The notes under the pieces: model-generated
What the model saw: the letters and a program-made list of their open reading frames with translations, nothing else
The model's database searches: none
What the model was told of the DNA's origin: nothing
Shown here: positions 35,504 to 37,062 of the stretch, in pieces
Layout: the number at the start of each line of letters is the position of its first letter
How positions within the stretch are numbered: position 1 is the stretch's first letter
Position numbers and translations under genes: made by a program
Source of the DNA: Octopus bimaculoides
Taxonomy: Eukaryota
Reading direction: 5' to 3'
Assembly (NCBI RefSeq): GCF_001194135.2
Contig: NC_068981.1
Coordinates: 75,426,208-75,463,269, forward strand
DNA: 37,062 bases

Positions 35504-36696
35504 TGTGTATAATTCTAAATGAACACACACAGCTAGAACGTATGATACTGTAGACTTTGAGATAAAATATCTTCCAAGACTTGTAGTGTTAAACATATAA
35601 CATATATCAGAGCGCAACGAATATCATCCTTGCAGTGACTCACGAGATAGAGAAACACATTTCGGCTTGTCGCTATCATGCAACCAATCGTTATCTGCTA
35701 AAGCGAAATTCAGTATACAACTGGAATCTTTTTCTGTGATACTCGAAGGACGACGGGGACAGAAATATTAGGATTTGTTTGGATTTCAACACCACCGCAA
35801 ATATAGTGAAATACTCTTAACATGTCTATTTTTTAATCCTCTCTCAATATCTAATGTTTTCCATGACAAGGCGTTCAGGAAAACTAATAAAATCTTATCC
35901 GATGATTTATTTTTCCTCTTTTTGAGTGCATACAGATTTTATGCCACGAACCTCCATAATAACAACTAGCATGCGAATCTAATGATGAAAGCAGTACGTG
36001 TGTATATGACCCAACTGTGTCATTTTTGACATCCATTTATTACAAGCATTTATCGAAGTCAAAACCACAAGAAGAAGGAAGAAAAAAAGGGTTCTCACAA
36101 TATGATCTGGTTTGTGAATCGCATGATTAATTTTAAGTAATGTAGTTGTCTATAATCAGCTTGTCAAGTACAGATCAAAATATTGGTCTTTCATAGCCTT
36201 TTAGCGTTTGTTCATGTTATCTCTGTTTCTGACCAATCAGGGGGTCAAAGAATTGGGGCGCTTTCTAACGAAGAACGCAAATATCGAAAGTAGTCTATTA
36301 TAGTCAATGACTAGAGAAAACATCTCAACTTCTATAATGGTATCACTGGTAGGGCGATTACTCGTCGGTAAGAGAGGCAGGCACTCTCTACACATCTTAA
36401 CATGTAGACTTGTCACGAAAGCATTTTATCGTATACGTTTACTAATGTTATGAGTTCTTTTAAGAATTTATTCAAATGTCAACATATCATTGCATTATTT
36501 TTTAACATTTGCACTGGCGTCTTTATAGGTTAGAGAAATGTTGTTCTTTTTCTTCAGCTAATAACTTGGATCTTTTATTTCGATAAATTATTCTTTAAGA
36601 AAGATTTTCAATTAAGTTTTCTTGCGTATAAGTTCTCAACATACTGTATTTATGACGATTCTGTTTCCGACGCATGATCCTGGATATATTTATAGT

Positions 36697-36697
<1 letters not shown>

Positions 36698-36753
<56 letters not shown>
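36698..36753. repeat. (TCTA)n microsatellite
   Basis: Direct reading. Confidence 0.95.
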
Positions 36754-36754
<1 letters not shown>

Positions 36755-37062
36755 CTTCTCACGGACGTGCTGTCACATCGGCTGCGAAGGTAAACGTTTA
36801 TTTGACCTTTTACTGTCCACATTTTGTTGGAATTTTTTAATAATTTTGTTGCGAAGCACCTAGGCTTCATTTGTGTGTATTTTCAAGGGCAGGAATTGAC
36901 CCCCAGGGGCAGTTTCGGCCCTAGCAAAATACAAAAATTTCCTTCTTGACATTTGAAAAATGTCGAGAAACATAATTTTGGAACGCTTGTCTTGTTCTTT
37001 TGACAAGCATTTCCCGAGGCTTCAGATGCCAGAAGAGAAAAAAGAACAGAATAGCGCGTGCT

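Overview
AT-rich, microsatellite-dense eukaryotic genomic DNA with seven N-gaps, six of them bordered on at least one side by (TA)n. The SINE families and repeat landscape resemble an Octopus (coleoid cephalopod) draft assembly; this is inference from recalled repeat consensuses, not a database search. No intact host protein-coding gene can be supported, and most listed ORFs are microsatellite or gap artefacts. The window holds mainly transposon relics: an internally deleted R4/Dong-clade REL non-LTR retrotransposon (~4230-6830, -), three clear and one doubtful Penelope-like (RT + GIY-YIG) fragments, a near full-length mariner with TIRs (13028-14225), two tandem Lep1/HINE-type non-autonomous Helitrons, a MITE, a 266-bp-arm palindrome and about a dozen tRNA-derived SINE copies from four families. 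The main leads are: (1) minimal type-I hammerhead-like motifs at the 3' ends of two Penelope copies, one with a compensated U3-A8 core; (2) a tRNA-headed SINE whose tail carries half a hammerhead, a candidate Penelope-mobilised SINE; (3) an R4/Dong element whose 3' junction lies in the (TAA)n of that same SINE family, with a 93-bp micro-inversion at its RT deletion; (4) a 44-aa signal-peptide-like sORF and candidate non-coding first exons around 11-13 kb.
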